64,000 nt of DNA from Felis catus (taxonomy: Eukaryota): NCBI RefSeq assembly GCF_018350175.1, contig NW_025408521.1, positions 62,001 through 126,000 of the forward strand. Reading direction: 5' to 3'. Shown piece after piece: positions 37,501 through 49,500 of the stretch. Every line of letters begins with the position of its first letter. The first letter of the stretch is position 1. The notes below the pieces were generated by a model, which did not search any database, was not told where the DNA came from, and was given only the letters and a program-made list of their open reading frames with translations. Both the position numbers and the translations under genes were made by a program.

Positions 37501-40500
37501 CCCCGGGCCTCCAGGCCCGGGGCTGCTCGCCCCGGGCCTCCAGGCCCGGGGCTGCTCGCCCCGGGCCTCCAGGCCCGGGGCTGCTCGCCCCGGGCCTCCA
37601 GGCCCGGGGCTGCTCGCCCCGGGCCTCCAGGCCCGGGGCTGCTCGCCCCGGGCCTCCAGGCCCGGGGCTGCTCGCCCCGGGCCTCCAGGCCCGGGGCTGC
37701 TCGCCCCGGGCCTCCAGGCCCGGGGCTGCTCGCCCCGGGCCTCCAGGCCCGGGGCTGCTCGCCCCGGGCCTCCAGGCCCGGGGCTGCTCGCCCCGGGCCT
37801 CCACGCCCGGGGCTGCTCGCCCCGGGCCTCCACGCCCGGGGCTGCTCGCTATGGCTCACTGTGCCTGAAGCCGTTCCTGTACCTGAAAGATGGGCTCACA
37901 CAAACACAAACACCCGCCAGGCTCTGGGTTCCTTGCTCAGAATCTCCCGGGGAAGTTCGGAGGGATAGGATGCACAAAATGGATAGTGCTCCACTCGCCC
38001 CAGGCCTCCACGCCCGGGGCTGTATCTTACCATGGCTCATCAGGGCTGAAGCCTCTCCCAGTACCCGACAGAAACGGGTCAGTGTTTCCCACACAGCCTC
38101 CAGACCAGGGGGTCTCAACTAAGAAACTCACGGGGAAGGATGGAGAAGTGGGAGACCCAGAATCCAATGCAGCCCCTCCGGGGGCTATGCAACAAGCCCA
38201 AAAACCCAAGGAGGCATATGCCTGAATCCTGAAAAGCCAACAAACCCTTCCTCTCAGCTCCGAAACTCCCGGGTTAGGACCGAGAGATGCGAGACCCAGA
38301 ATCCCAAACACCTGCTACGAGCCCCGGCCTCCAGGCCCTGAGTCGTTACCATGGCTCACCATGGCTGGAGCCTTTCCCTGTACCTGAGATAAAGGGGTCA
38401 CAGAACCAGAAACAGGCTCCAGACACAGGGGTCTCAGCTCAGAAACTCCCCAGAAAGGTCCGAGGGTTTGGGGACACAAAATAGGAAGTGCCCCGCTCGC
38501 CCCGGGCCTCCAGGCCCGGGGCTGCTCGCCCCGGGCCTCCAGGCCCGGGGCTGCTCGCCCCGGGCCTCCAGGCCCGGGGCTGCTCGCCCCGGGCCTCCAG
38601 GCCCGGGGCTGCTCGCCCCGGGCCTCCAGGCCCGGGGCTGCTCGCCCCGGGCCTCCAGGCCCGGGGCTGCTCGCCCCGGGCCTCCAGGCCCGGGGCTGCT
38701 CGCCCCGGGCCTCCAGGCCCGGGGCTGCTCGCCCCGGGCCTCCAGGCCCGGGGCTGCTCGCCCCGGGCCTCCAGGCCCGGGGCTGCTCGCCCCGGGCCTC
38801 CAGGCCCGGGGCTGCTCGCCCCGGGCCTCCAGGCCCGGGGCTGCTCGCCCCGGGCCTCCAGGCCCGGGGCTGCTCGCCCCGGGCCTCCAGGCCCGGGGCT
38901 GCTCGCCCCGGGCCTCCAGGCCCGGGGCTGCTCGCCCCGGGCCTCCAGGCCCGGGGCTGCTCGCCCCGGGCCTCCAGGCCCGGGGCTGCTCGCCCCGGGC
39001 CTCCAGGCCCGGGGCTGCTCGCCCCGGGCCTCCAGGCCCGGGGCTGCTCGCCCCGGGCCTCCAGGCCCGGGGCTGCTCGCCCCGGGCCTCCAGGCCCGGG
39101 GCTGCTCGCCCCGGGCCTCCAGGCCCGGGGCTGCTCGCCCCGGGCCTCCAGGCCCGGGGCTGCTCGCCCCGGGCCTCCAGGCCCGGGGCTGCTCGCCCCG
39201 GGCCTCCAGGCCCGGGGCTGCTCGCCCCGGGCCTCCAGGCCCGGGGCTGCTCGCCCCGGGCCTCCACCCTCCAGGCCCGGGGCTGCTCGCCCCGGGCCTC
39301 CAGGCCCGGGGCTGCTCGCCCCGGGCCTCCAGGCCCGGGGCTGCTCGCCCCGGGCCTCCAGGCCCGGGGCTGCTCGCCCCGGGCCTCCAGGCCCGGGGCT
39401 GCTCGCCCCGGGCCTCCAGGCCCGGGGCTGCTCGCCCCGGGCCTCCAGGCCCGGGGCTGCTCGCCCCGGGCCTCCAGGCCCGGGGCTGCTCGCCCCGGCT
39501 CACCATGGCTGGGGCTGCTCGCCCCGGGCCTGAGTCCAGGCCCGGGGCTGCTCGCCCCGGGCCTCCAGGCCCGAGGGTTTGCTCGCCCCGGGCCTCCAGG
39601 CCCGGGGCTGCTCGCCCCGGGCCTCCAGGCCCGGGGCTGCTCGCCCCGGGCCTCCAGGCCCGGGGCTGCTCGCCCCGGGCCTCCAGGCCCGGGGCTGCTC
39701 GCCCCGGGCCTCCAGGCCCGGGGCTGCTCGCCCCGGGCCTCCAGGCCCGGGGCTGCTCGCCCCGGGCCTCCAGGCCCGGGGCTGCTCGCCCCGGGCCTCC
39801 AGGCCCGGGGCTGCTCGCCCCGGGCCTCCAGGCCCGGGGCTGCTCGCCCCGGGCCTCCAGGCCCGGGGCTGCTCGCCCCGGGCCTCCACGCCCGGGGCTG
39901 CTCGCCCCGGGCCTCCACGCCCGGGGCTGCTCGCCCCGGGCCTCCACGCCCGGGGCTGCTCGCCCCGGGCCTCCACGCCCGGGGCTGCTCGCTATGGCTC
40001 ACTGTGCCTGAAGCCGTTCCTGTACCTGAAAGATGGGCTCACACAAACACAAACACCCGCCAGGCTCTGGGTTCCTTGCTCAGAATCTCCCGGGGAAGTT
40101 CGGAGGGATAGGATGCACAAAATGGATAGTGCTCCACTCGCCCCGGGCCTCCACGCCCGGGGCTGTATCTTACCATGGCTCATCAGGGCTGAAGCCTCTC
40201 CCTGTACCCGACAGAAACGGGTCAGTGTTTCCCACACAGCCTCCAGACCAGGGGGTCTCAACTAAGAAACTTACGGGGAAGGATGGAGAAGTGGGAGACC
40301 CAGAATCCAATGCAGCCCCTCCGGGGCTATGCAACAAGCCCAAAAACCCAAGGAGGCATATGCCTGAATCCTGAAAAGCCAACAAACCCTTCCTCTCAGC
40401 TCCGAAACTCCCGGGTTAGGACCGAGAGATGCGAGACCCAGAATCCCAAACACCTGCTACGAGCCCCGGCCTCCAGGCCCTGAGTCGTTACCATGGCTCA

Positions 40501-43500
40501 CCATGGCTGGAGCCTTTCCCTGTACCTGAGATAAAGGGGTCACAGAACCAGAAACAGGCTCCAGACACAGGGGTCTCAGCTCAGAAACTCCCCAGAAAGG
40601 TCCGAGGGTTTGGGGACACAAAATAGGAAGTGCCCCGCTCGCCCCGGGCCTCCAGGCCCGGGGCTGCTCGCCCCGGGCCTCCAGGCCCGGGGCTGCTCGC
40701 CCCGGGCCTCCAGGCCCGGGGCTGCTCGCCCCGGGCCTCCAGGCCCGGGGCTGCTCGCCCCGGGCCTCCAGGCCCGGGGCTGCTCGCCCCGGGCCTCCAC
40801 GCCCGGGGCTGCTCGCTATGGCTCACTGTGCCTGAAGCCGTTCCTGTACCTGAAAGATGGGCTCACACAAACAAACACCCGCCAGGCTCTGGGTTCCCTG
40901 CTCAGAATCTCCGGGGAAGTTCGGAGGGATAGGATGCACAAAATGGGGCTCCGCTCGCCCCGGGCCTCCACGCCCGGGGCTGTATCTTACCATGGCTCAT
41001 CAGGGCTGAAGCCTCTCCCCGTACCCGACAGAAACGGGTCAGTGTTTCCCACACAGCCTCCAGACCAGGGGGTCTCAACTAAGAAACTTACGGGGAAGGA
41101 TGGAGAAGTGGGAGACCCAGAATCCCATGCAGCCCCTCCGGGGGCTATGCAACAAGCCCAAAAACCCAAGGAGGCATATGCCTGAATCCTGAAAAGCCAA
41201 CAAACCCTTCCTCTCAGCTCCGAAACTCCCGGGTTAGGACCGAGAGATGCGAGACCCAGAATCCCAAACACCTGCTACGAGCCCCGGCCTCCAGGCCCTG
41301 AGTCGTTACCATGGCTCACCATGGCTGGAGCCTTTCCCTGTACCTGAGATAAAGGGGTCACAGAACCAGAAACAGGCTCCAGACACAGGGGTCTCAGCTC
41401 AGAAACTCCCCAGAAAGGTCCGAGGGTTTGGGGACACAAAATAGGAAGTGCCCCGCTCGCCCCGGGCCTCCAGGCCCGGGGCTGCTCGCCCCGGGCCTCC
41501 AGGCCCGGGGCTGCTCGCCCCGGGCCTCCAGGCCCGGGGCTGCTCGCCCCGGGCCTCCAGGCCCGGGGCTGCTCGCCCCGGGCCTCCAGGCCCGGGGCTG
41601 CTCGCCCCGGGCCTCCACGCCCGGGGCTGCTCGCCCCGGGCCTCCACGCCCGGGGCTGCTCGCTATGGCTCACTGTGCCTGAAGCCGTTCCTGTACCTGA
41701 AAGATGGGCTCACACAAACACAAACACCCGCCAGGCTCTGGGTTCCCTGCTCAGAATCTCCGGGGAAGTTCGGAGGGATAGGATGCACAAAATGGGTAGT
41801 GCTCCACTCGCCCCGGGCCTCCACGCCCGGGGCTGTATCTTACCATGGCTCATCAGGGCTGAAGCCTCTCCCTGTACCCGACAGAAACGGGTCAGTGTTT
41901 CCCACACAGCCTCCAGACCAGGGGGTCTCAACTAAGAAACTTACGGGGAAGGATGGAGAAGTGGGAGACCCAGAATCCAATGCAGCCCCTCCGGGGGCTA
42001 TGCAACAAGCCCAAAAACCCAAGGAGGCATATGCCTGAATCCTGAAAAGCCAACAAACCCTTCCTCTCAGCTCCGAAACTCCCGGGTTAGGACCGAGAGA
42101 TGCGAGACCCAGAATCCCAAACACCTGCTACGAGCCCCGGCCTCCAGGCCCTGAGTCGTTACCATGGCTCACCATGGCTGGAGCCTTTCCCTGTACCTGA
42201 GATAAAGGGGTCACAGAACCAGAAACAGGCTCCAGACACAGGGGTCTCAGCTCAGAAACTCCCCAGAAAGGTCCGAGGGTTTGGGGACACAAAATAGGAA
42301 GTGCCCCGCTCGCCCCGGGCCTCCAGGCCCGGGGCTGCTCGCCCCGGGCCTCCAGGCCCGGGGCTGCTCGCCCCGGGCCTCCAGGCCCGGGGCTGCTCGC
42401 CCCGGGCCTCCAGGCCCGGGGCTGCTCGCCCCGGGCCTCCAGGCCCGGGGCTGCTCGCCCCGGGCCTCCAGGCCCGGGGCTGCTCGCCCCGGGCCTCCAG
42501 GCCCGGGGCTGCTCGCCCCGGGCCTCCAGGCCCGGGGCTGCTCGCCCCGGGCCTCCAGGCCCGGGGCTGCTCGCCCCGGGCCTCCAGGCCCGGGGCTGCT
42601 CGCCCCGGGCCTCCAGGCCCGGGGCTGCTCGCCCCGGGCCTCCAGGCCCGGGGCTGCTCGCCCCGGGCCTCCAGGCCCGGGGCTGCTCGCCCCGGGCCTC
42701 CAGGCCCGGGGCTGCTCGCCCCGGGCCTCCAGGCCCGGGGCTGCTCGCCCCGGGCCTCCAGGCCCGGGGCTGCTCGCCCCGGGCCTCCAGGCCCGGGGCT
42801 GCTCGCCCCGGGCCTCCACGCCCGGGGCTGCTCGCCCCGGGCCTCCACGCCCGGGGCTGCTCGCCCCGGGCCTCCACGCCCGGGGCTGCTCGCTATGGCT
42901 CACTGTGCCTGAAGCCGTTCCTGTACCTGAAAGATGGGCTCACACAAACACAAACACCCGCCAGGCTCTGGGTTCCCTGCTCAGAATCTCCGGGGAAGTT
43001 CGGAGGGATAGGATGCACAAAATGGGTAGTGCTCCGCTCGCCCCGGGCCTCCACGCCCGGGGCTGTATCTTACCATGGCTCATCAGGGCTGAAGCCTCTC
43101 CCAGTACCCGACAGAAACGGGTCAGTGTTTCCCACACAGCCTCCAGACCAGGGGGTCTCAACTAAGAAACTCACGGGGAAGGATGGAGAAGTGGGAGACC
43201 CAGAATCCAATGCAGCCCCTCCGGGGGCTATGCAACAAGCCCAAAAACCCAAGGAGGCATATGCCTGAATCCTGAAAAGCCAACAAACCCTTCCTCTCAG
43301 CTCCGAAACTCCCGGGTTAGGACCGAGAGATGCGAGACCCAGAATCCCAAACACCTGCTACGAGCCCCGGCCTCCAGGCCCTGAGTCGTTACCATGGCTC
43401 ACCATGGCTGGAGCCTTTCCCTGTACCTGAGATAAAGGGGTCACAGAACCAGAAACAGGCTCCAGACACAGGGGTCTCAGCTCAGAAACTCCCCAGAAAG

Positions 43501-46500
43501 GTCCGAGGGTTTGGGGACACAAAATAGGAAGTGCCCCGCTCGCCCCGGGCCTCCAGGCCCGGGGCTGCTCGCCCCGGGCCTCCAGGCCCGGGGCTGCTCG
43601 CCCCGGGCCTCCAGGCCCGGGGCTGCTCGCCCCGGGCCTCCAGGCCCGGGGCTGCTCGCCCCGGGCCTCCAGGCCCGGGGCTGCTCGCCCCGGGCCTCCA
43701 GGCCCGGGGCTGCTCGCCCCGGGCCTCCAGGCCCGGGGCTGCTCGCCCCGGGCCTCCAGGCCCGGGGCTGCTCGCCCCGGGCCTCCAGGCCCGGGGCTGC
43801 TCGCCCCGGGCCTCCAGGCCCGGGGCTGCTCGCCCCGGGCCTCCAGGCCCGGGGCTGCTCGCCCCGGGCCTCCAGGCCCGGGGCTGCTCGCCCCGGGCCT
43901 CCAGGCCCGGGGCTGCTCGCCCCGGGCCTCCAGGCCCGGGGCTGCTCGCCCCGGGCCTCCACGCCCGGGGCTGCTCGCCCCGGGCCTCCACGCCCGGGGC
44001 TGCTCGCTATGGCTCACTGTGCCTGAAGCCGTTCCTGTACCTGAAAGATGGGCTCACACAAACACAAACACCCGCCAGGCTCTGGGTTCCTTGCTCAGAA
44101 TCTCCCGGGGAAGTTCGGAGGGATAGGATGCACAAAATGGATAGTGCTCCACTCGCCCCGGGCCTCCACGCCCGGGGCTGTATCTTACCATGGCTCATCA
44201 GGGCTGAAGCCTCTCCCAGTACCCGACAGAAACGGGTCAGTGTTTCCCACACAGCCTCCAGACCAGGGGGTCTCAACTAAGAAACTCACGGGGAAGGATG
44301 GAGAAGTGGGAGACCCAGAATCCAATGCAGCCCCTCCGGGGGCTATGCAACAAGCCCAAAAACCCAAGGAGGCATATGCCTGAATCCTGAAAAGCCAACA
44401 AACCCTTCCTCTCAGCTCCGAAACTCCCGGGTTAGGACCGAGAGATGCGAGACCCAGAATCCCAAACACCTGCTACGAGCCCCGGCCTCCAGGCCCTGAG
44501 TCGTTACCATGGCTCACCATGGCTGGAGCCTTTCCCTGTACCTGAGATAAAGGGGTCACAGAACCAGAAACAGGCTCCAGACACAGGGGTCTCAGCTCAG
44601 AAACTCCCCAGAAAGGTCCGAGGGTTTGGGGACACAAAATAGGAAGTGCCCCGCTCGCCCCGGGCCTCCAGGCCCGGGGCTGCTCGCCCCGGGCCTCCAG
44701 GCCCGGGGCTGCTCGCCCCGGGCCTCCAGGCCCGGGGCTGCTCGCCCCGGGCCTCCAGGCCCGGGGCTGCTCGCCCCGGGCCTCCAGGCCCGGGGCTGCT
44801 CGCCCCGGGCCTCCAGGCCCGGGGCTGCTCGCCCCGGGCCTCCAGGCCCGGGGCTGCTCGCCCCGGGCCTCCAGGCCCGGGGCTGCTCGCCCCGGGCCTC
44901 CAGGCCCGGGGCTGCTCGCCCCGGGCCTCCAGGCCCGGGGCTGCTCGCCCCGGGCCTCCAGGCCCGGGGCTGCTCGCCCCGGGCCTCCAGGCCCGGGGCT
45001 GCTCGCCCCGGGCCTCCAGGCCCGGGGCTGCTCGCCCCGGGCCTCCAGGCCCGGGGCTGCTCGCCCCGGGCCTCCAGGCCCGGGGCTGCTCGCCCCGGGC
45101 CTCCAGGCCCGGGGCTGCTCGCCCCGGGCCTCCAGGCCCGGGGCTGCTCGCCCCGGGCCTCCAGGCCCGGGGCTGCTCGCCCCGGGCCTCCAGGCCCGGG
45201 GCTGCTCGCCCCGGGCCTCCAGGCCCGGGGCTGCTCGCCCCGGGCCTCCAGGCCCGGGGCTGCTCGCCCCGGGCCTCCAGGCCCGGGGCTGCTCGCCCCG
45301 GGCCTCCAGGCCCGGGGCTGCTCGCCCCGGGCCTCCAGGCCCGGGGCTGCTCGCCCCGGGCCTCCAGGCCCGGGGCTGCTCGCCCCGGGCCTCCAGGCCC
45401 GGGGCTGCTCGCCCCGGGCCTCCAGGCCCGGGGCTGCTCGCCCCGGGCCTCCAGGCCCGGGGCTGCTCGCCCCGGGCCTCCAGGCCCGGGGCTGCTCGCC
45501 CCGGGCCTCCAGGCCCGGGGCTGCTCGCCCCGGGCCTCCAGGCCCGGGGCTGCTCGCCCCGGGCCTCCAGGCCCGGGGCTGCTCGCCCCGGGCCTCCAGG
45601 CCCGGGGCTGCTCGCCCCGGGCCTCCAGGCCCGGGGCTGCTCGCCCCGGGCCTCCAGGCCCGGGGCTGCTCGCCCCGGGCCTCCAGGCCCGGGGCTGCTC
45701 GCCCCGGGCCTCCAGGCCCGGGGCTGCTCGCCCCGGGCCTCCAGGCCCGGGGCTGCTCGCCCCGGGCCTCCAGGCCCGGGGCTGCTCGCCCCGGGCCTCC
45801 AGGCCCGGGGCTGCTCGCCCCGGGCCTCCAGGCCCGGGGCTGCTCGCCCCGGGCCTCCAGGCCCGGGGCTGCTCGCCCCGGGCCTCCAGGCCCGGGGCTG
45901 CTCGCCCCGGGCCTCCAGGCCCGGGGCTGCTCGCCCCGGGCCTCCAGGCCCGGGGCTGCTCGCCCCGGGCCTCCAGGCCCGGGGCTGCTCGCCCCGGGCC
46001 TCCAGGCCCGGGGCTGCTCGCCCCGGGCCTCCAGGCCCGGGGCTGCTCGCCCCGGGCCTCCAGGCCCGGGGCTGCTCGCCCCGGGCCTCCAGGCCCGGGG
46101 CTGCTCGCCCCGGGCCTCCAGGCCCGGGGCTGCTCGCCCCGGGCCTCCAGGCCCGGGGCTGCTCGCCCCGGGCCTCCAGGCCCGGGGCTGCTCGCCCCGG
46201 GCCTCCAGGCCCGGGGCTGCTCGCCCCGGGCCTCCAGGCCCGGGGCTGCTCGCCCCGGGCCTCCAGGCCCGGGGCTGCTCGCCCCGGGCCTCCAGGCCCG
46301 GGGCTGCTCGCCCCGGGCCTCCACGCCCGGGGCTGCTCGCCCCGGGCCTCCACGCCCGGGGCTGCTCGCTATGGCTCACTGTGCCTGAAGCCGTTCCTGT
46401 ACCTGAAAGATGGGCTCACACAAACACAAACACCCGCCAGGCTCTGGGTTCCTTGCTCAGAATCTCCCGGGGAAGTTCGGAGGGATAGGATGCACAAAAT

Positions 46501-49500
46501 GGATAGTGCTCCACTCGCCCCAGGCCTCCACGCCCGGGGCTGTATCTTACCATGGCTCATCAGGGCTGAAGCCTCTCCCAGTACCCGACAGAAACGGGTC
46601 AGTGTTTCCCACACAGCCTCCAGACCAGGGGGTCTCAACTAAGAAACTTACGGGGAAGGATGGAGAAGTGGGAGACCCAGAATCCAATGCAGCCCCTCCG
46701 GGGGCTATGCAACAAGCCCAAAAACCCAAGGAGGCATATGCCTGAATCCTGAAAAGCCAACAAACCCTTCCTCTCAGCTCCGAAACTCCCGGGTTAGGAC
46801 CGAGAGATGCGAGACCCAGAATCCCAAACACCTGCTACGAGCCCCGGCCTCCAGGCCCTGAGTCGTTACCATGGCTCACCATGGCTGGAGCCTTTCCCTG
46901 TACCTGAGATAAAGGGGTCACAGAACCAGAAACAGGCTCCAGACACAGGGGTCTCAGCTCAGAAACTCCCCAGAAAGGTCCGAGGGTTTGGGGACACAAA
47001 ATAGGAAGTGCCCCGCTCGCCCCGGGCCTCCAGGCCCGGGGCTGCTCGCCCCGGGCCTCCAGGCCCGGGGCTGCTCGCCCCGGGCCTCCAGGCCCGGGGC
47101 TGCTCGCCCCGGGCCTCCAGGCCCGGGGCTGCTCGCCCCGGGCCTCCAGGCCCGGGGCTGCTCGCCCCGGGCCTCCAGGCCCGGGGCTGCTCGCCCCGGG
47201 CCTCCAGGCCCGGGGCTGCTCGCCCCGGGCCTCCAGGCCCGGGGCTGCTCGCCCCGGGCCTCCAGGCCCGGGGCTGCTCGCCCCGGGCCTCCAGGCCCGG
47301 GGCTGCTCGCCCCGGGCCTCCAGGCCCGGGGCTGCTCGCCCCGGGCCTCCAGGCCCGGGGCTGCTCGCCCCGGGCCTCCAGGCCCGGGGCTGCTCGCCCC
47401 GGGCCTCCAGGCCCGGGGCTGCTCGCCCCGGGCCTCCAGGCCCGGGGCTGCTCGCCCCGGGCCTCCAGGCCCGGGGCTGCTCGCCCCGGGCCTCCAGGCC
47501 CGGGGCTGCTCGCCCCGGGCCTCCAGGCCCGGGGCTGCTCGCCCCGGGCCTCCAGGCCCGGGGCTGCTCGCCCCGGGCCTCCAGGCCCGGGGCTGCTCGC
47601 CCCGGGCCTCCAGGCCCGGGGCTGCTCGCCCCGGGCCTCCAGGCCCGGGGCTGCTCGCCCCGGGCCTCCAGGCCCGGGGCTGCTCGCCCCGGGCCTCCAG
47701 GCCCGGGGCTGCTCGCCCCGGGCCTCCAGGCCCGGGGCTGCTCGCCCCGGGCCTCCAGGCCCGGGGCTGCTCGCCCCGGGCCTCCAGGCCCGGGGCTGCT
47801 CGCCCCGGGCCTCCAGGCCCGGGGCTGCTCGCCCCGGGCCTCCAGGCCCGGGGCTGCTCGCCCCGGGCCTCCAGGCCCGGGGCTGCTCGCCCCGGGCCTC
47901 CAGGCCCGGGGCTGCTCGCCCCGGGCCTCCAGGCCCGGGGCTGCTCGCCCCGGGCCTCCAGGCCCGGGGCTGCTCGCCCCGGGCCTCCAGGCCCGGGGCT
48001 GCTCGCCCCGGGCCTCCAGGCCCGGGGCTGCTCGCCCCGGGCCTCCAGGCCCGGGGCTGCTCGCCCCGGGCCTCCAGGCCCGGGGCTGCTCGCCCCGGGC
48101 CTCCAGGCCCGGGGCTGCTCGCCCCGGGCCTCCAGGCCCGGGGCTGCTCGCCCCGGGCCTCCAGGCCCGGGGCTGCTCGCCCCGGGCCTCCAGGCCCGGG
48201 GCTGCTCGCCCCGGGCCTCCAGGCCCGGGGCTGCTCGCCCCGGGCCTCCAGGCCCGGGGCTGCTCGCCCCGGGCCTCCAGGCCCGGGGCTGCTCGCCCCG
48301 GGCCTCCAGGCCCGGGGCTGCTCGCCCCGGGCCTCCAGGCCCGGGGCTGCTCGCCCCGGGCCTCCAGGCCCGGGGCTGCTCGCCCCGGGCCTCCAGGCCC
48401 GGGGCTGCTCGCCCCGGGCCTCCAGGCCCGGGGCTGCTCGCCCCGGGCCTCCAGGCCCGGGGCTGCTCGCCCCGGGCCTCCAGGCCCGGGGCTGCTCGCC
48501 CCGGGCCTCCAGGCCCGGGGCTGCTCGCCCCGGGCCTCCAGGCCCGGGGCTGCTCGCCCCGGGCCTCCAGGCCCGGGGCTGCTCGCCCCGGGCCTCCAGG
48601 CCCGGGGCTGCTCGCCCCGGGCCTCCAGGCCCGGGGCTGCTCGCCCCGGGCCTCCAGGCCCGGGGCTGCTCGCCCCGGGCCTCCAGGCCCGGGGCTGCTC
48701 GCCCCGGGCCTCCAGGCCCGGGGCTGCTCGCCCCGGGCCTCCAGGCCCGGGGCTGCTCGCCCCGGGCCTCCAGGCCCGGGGCTGCTCGCCCCGGGCCTCC
48801 AGGCCCGGGGCTGCTCGCCCCGGGCCTCCAGGCCCGGGGCTGCTCGCCCCGGGCCTCCAGGCCCGGGGCTGCTCGCCCCGGGCCTCCAGGCCCGGGGCTG
48901 CTCGCCCCGGGCCTCCAGGCCCGGGGCTGCTCGCCCCGGGCCTCCAGGCCCGGGGCTGCTCGCCCCGGGCCTCCAGGCCCGGGGCTGCTCGCCCCGGGCC
49001 TCCAGGCCCGGGGCTGCTCGCCCCGGGCCTCCAGGCCCGGGGCTGCTCGCCCCGGGCCTCCAGGCCCGGGGCTGCTCGCCCCGGGCCTCCAGGCCCGGGG
49101 CTGCTCGCCCCGGGCCTCCAGGCCCGGGGCTGCTCGCCCCGGGCCTCCAGGCCCGGGGCTGCTCGCCCCGGGCCTCCAGGCCCGGGGCTGCTCGCCCCGG
49201 GCCTCCAGGCCCGGGGCTGCTCGCCCCGGGCCTCCAGGCCCGGGGCTGCTCGCCCCGGGCCTCCAGGCCCGGGGCTGCTCGCCCCGGGCCTCCAGGCCCG
49301 GGGCTGCTCGCCCCGGGCCTCCAGGCCCGGGGCTGCTCGCCCCGGGCCTCCAGGCCCGGGGCTGCTCGCCCCGGGCCTCCAGGCCCGGGGCTGCTCGCCC
49401 CGGGCCTCCAGGCCCGGGGCTGCTCGCCCCGGGCCTCCAGGCCCGGGGCTGCTCGCCCCGGGCCTCCAGGCCCGGGGCTGCTCGCCCCGGGCCTCCAGGC

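Noticed and set aside
38258..38274. CENP-B-box-like CTCCGAAACTCCCGGGT in each cassette
   Set aside because: Only 7 of the 9 essential positions of NTTCGNNNNANNCGGGN match.
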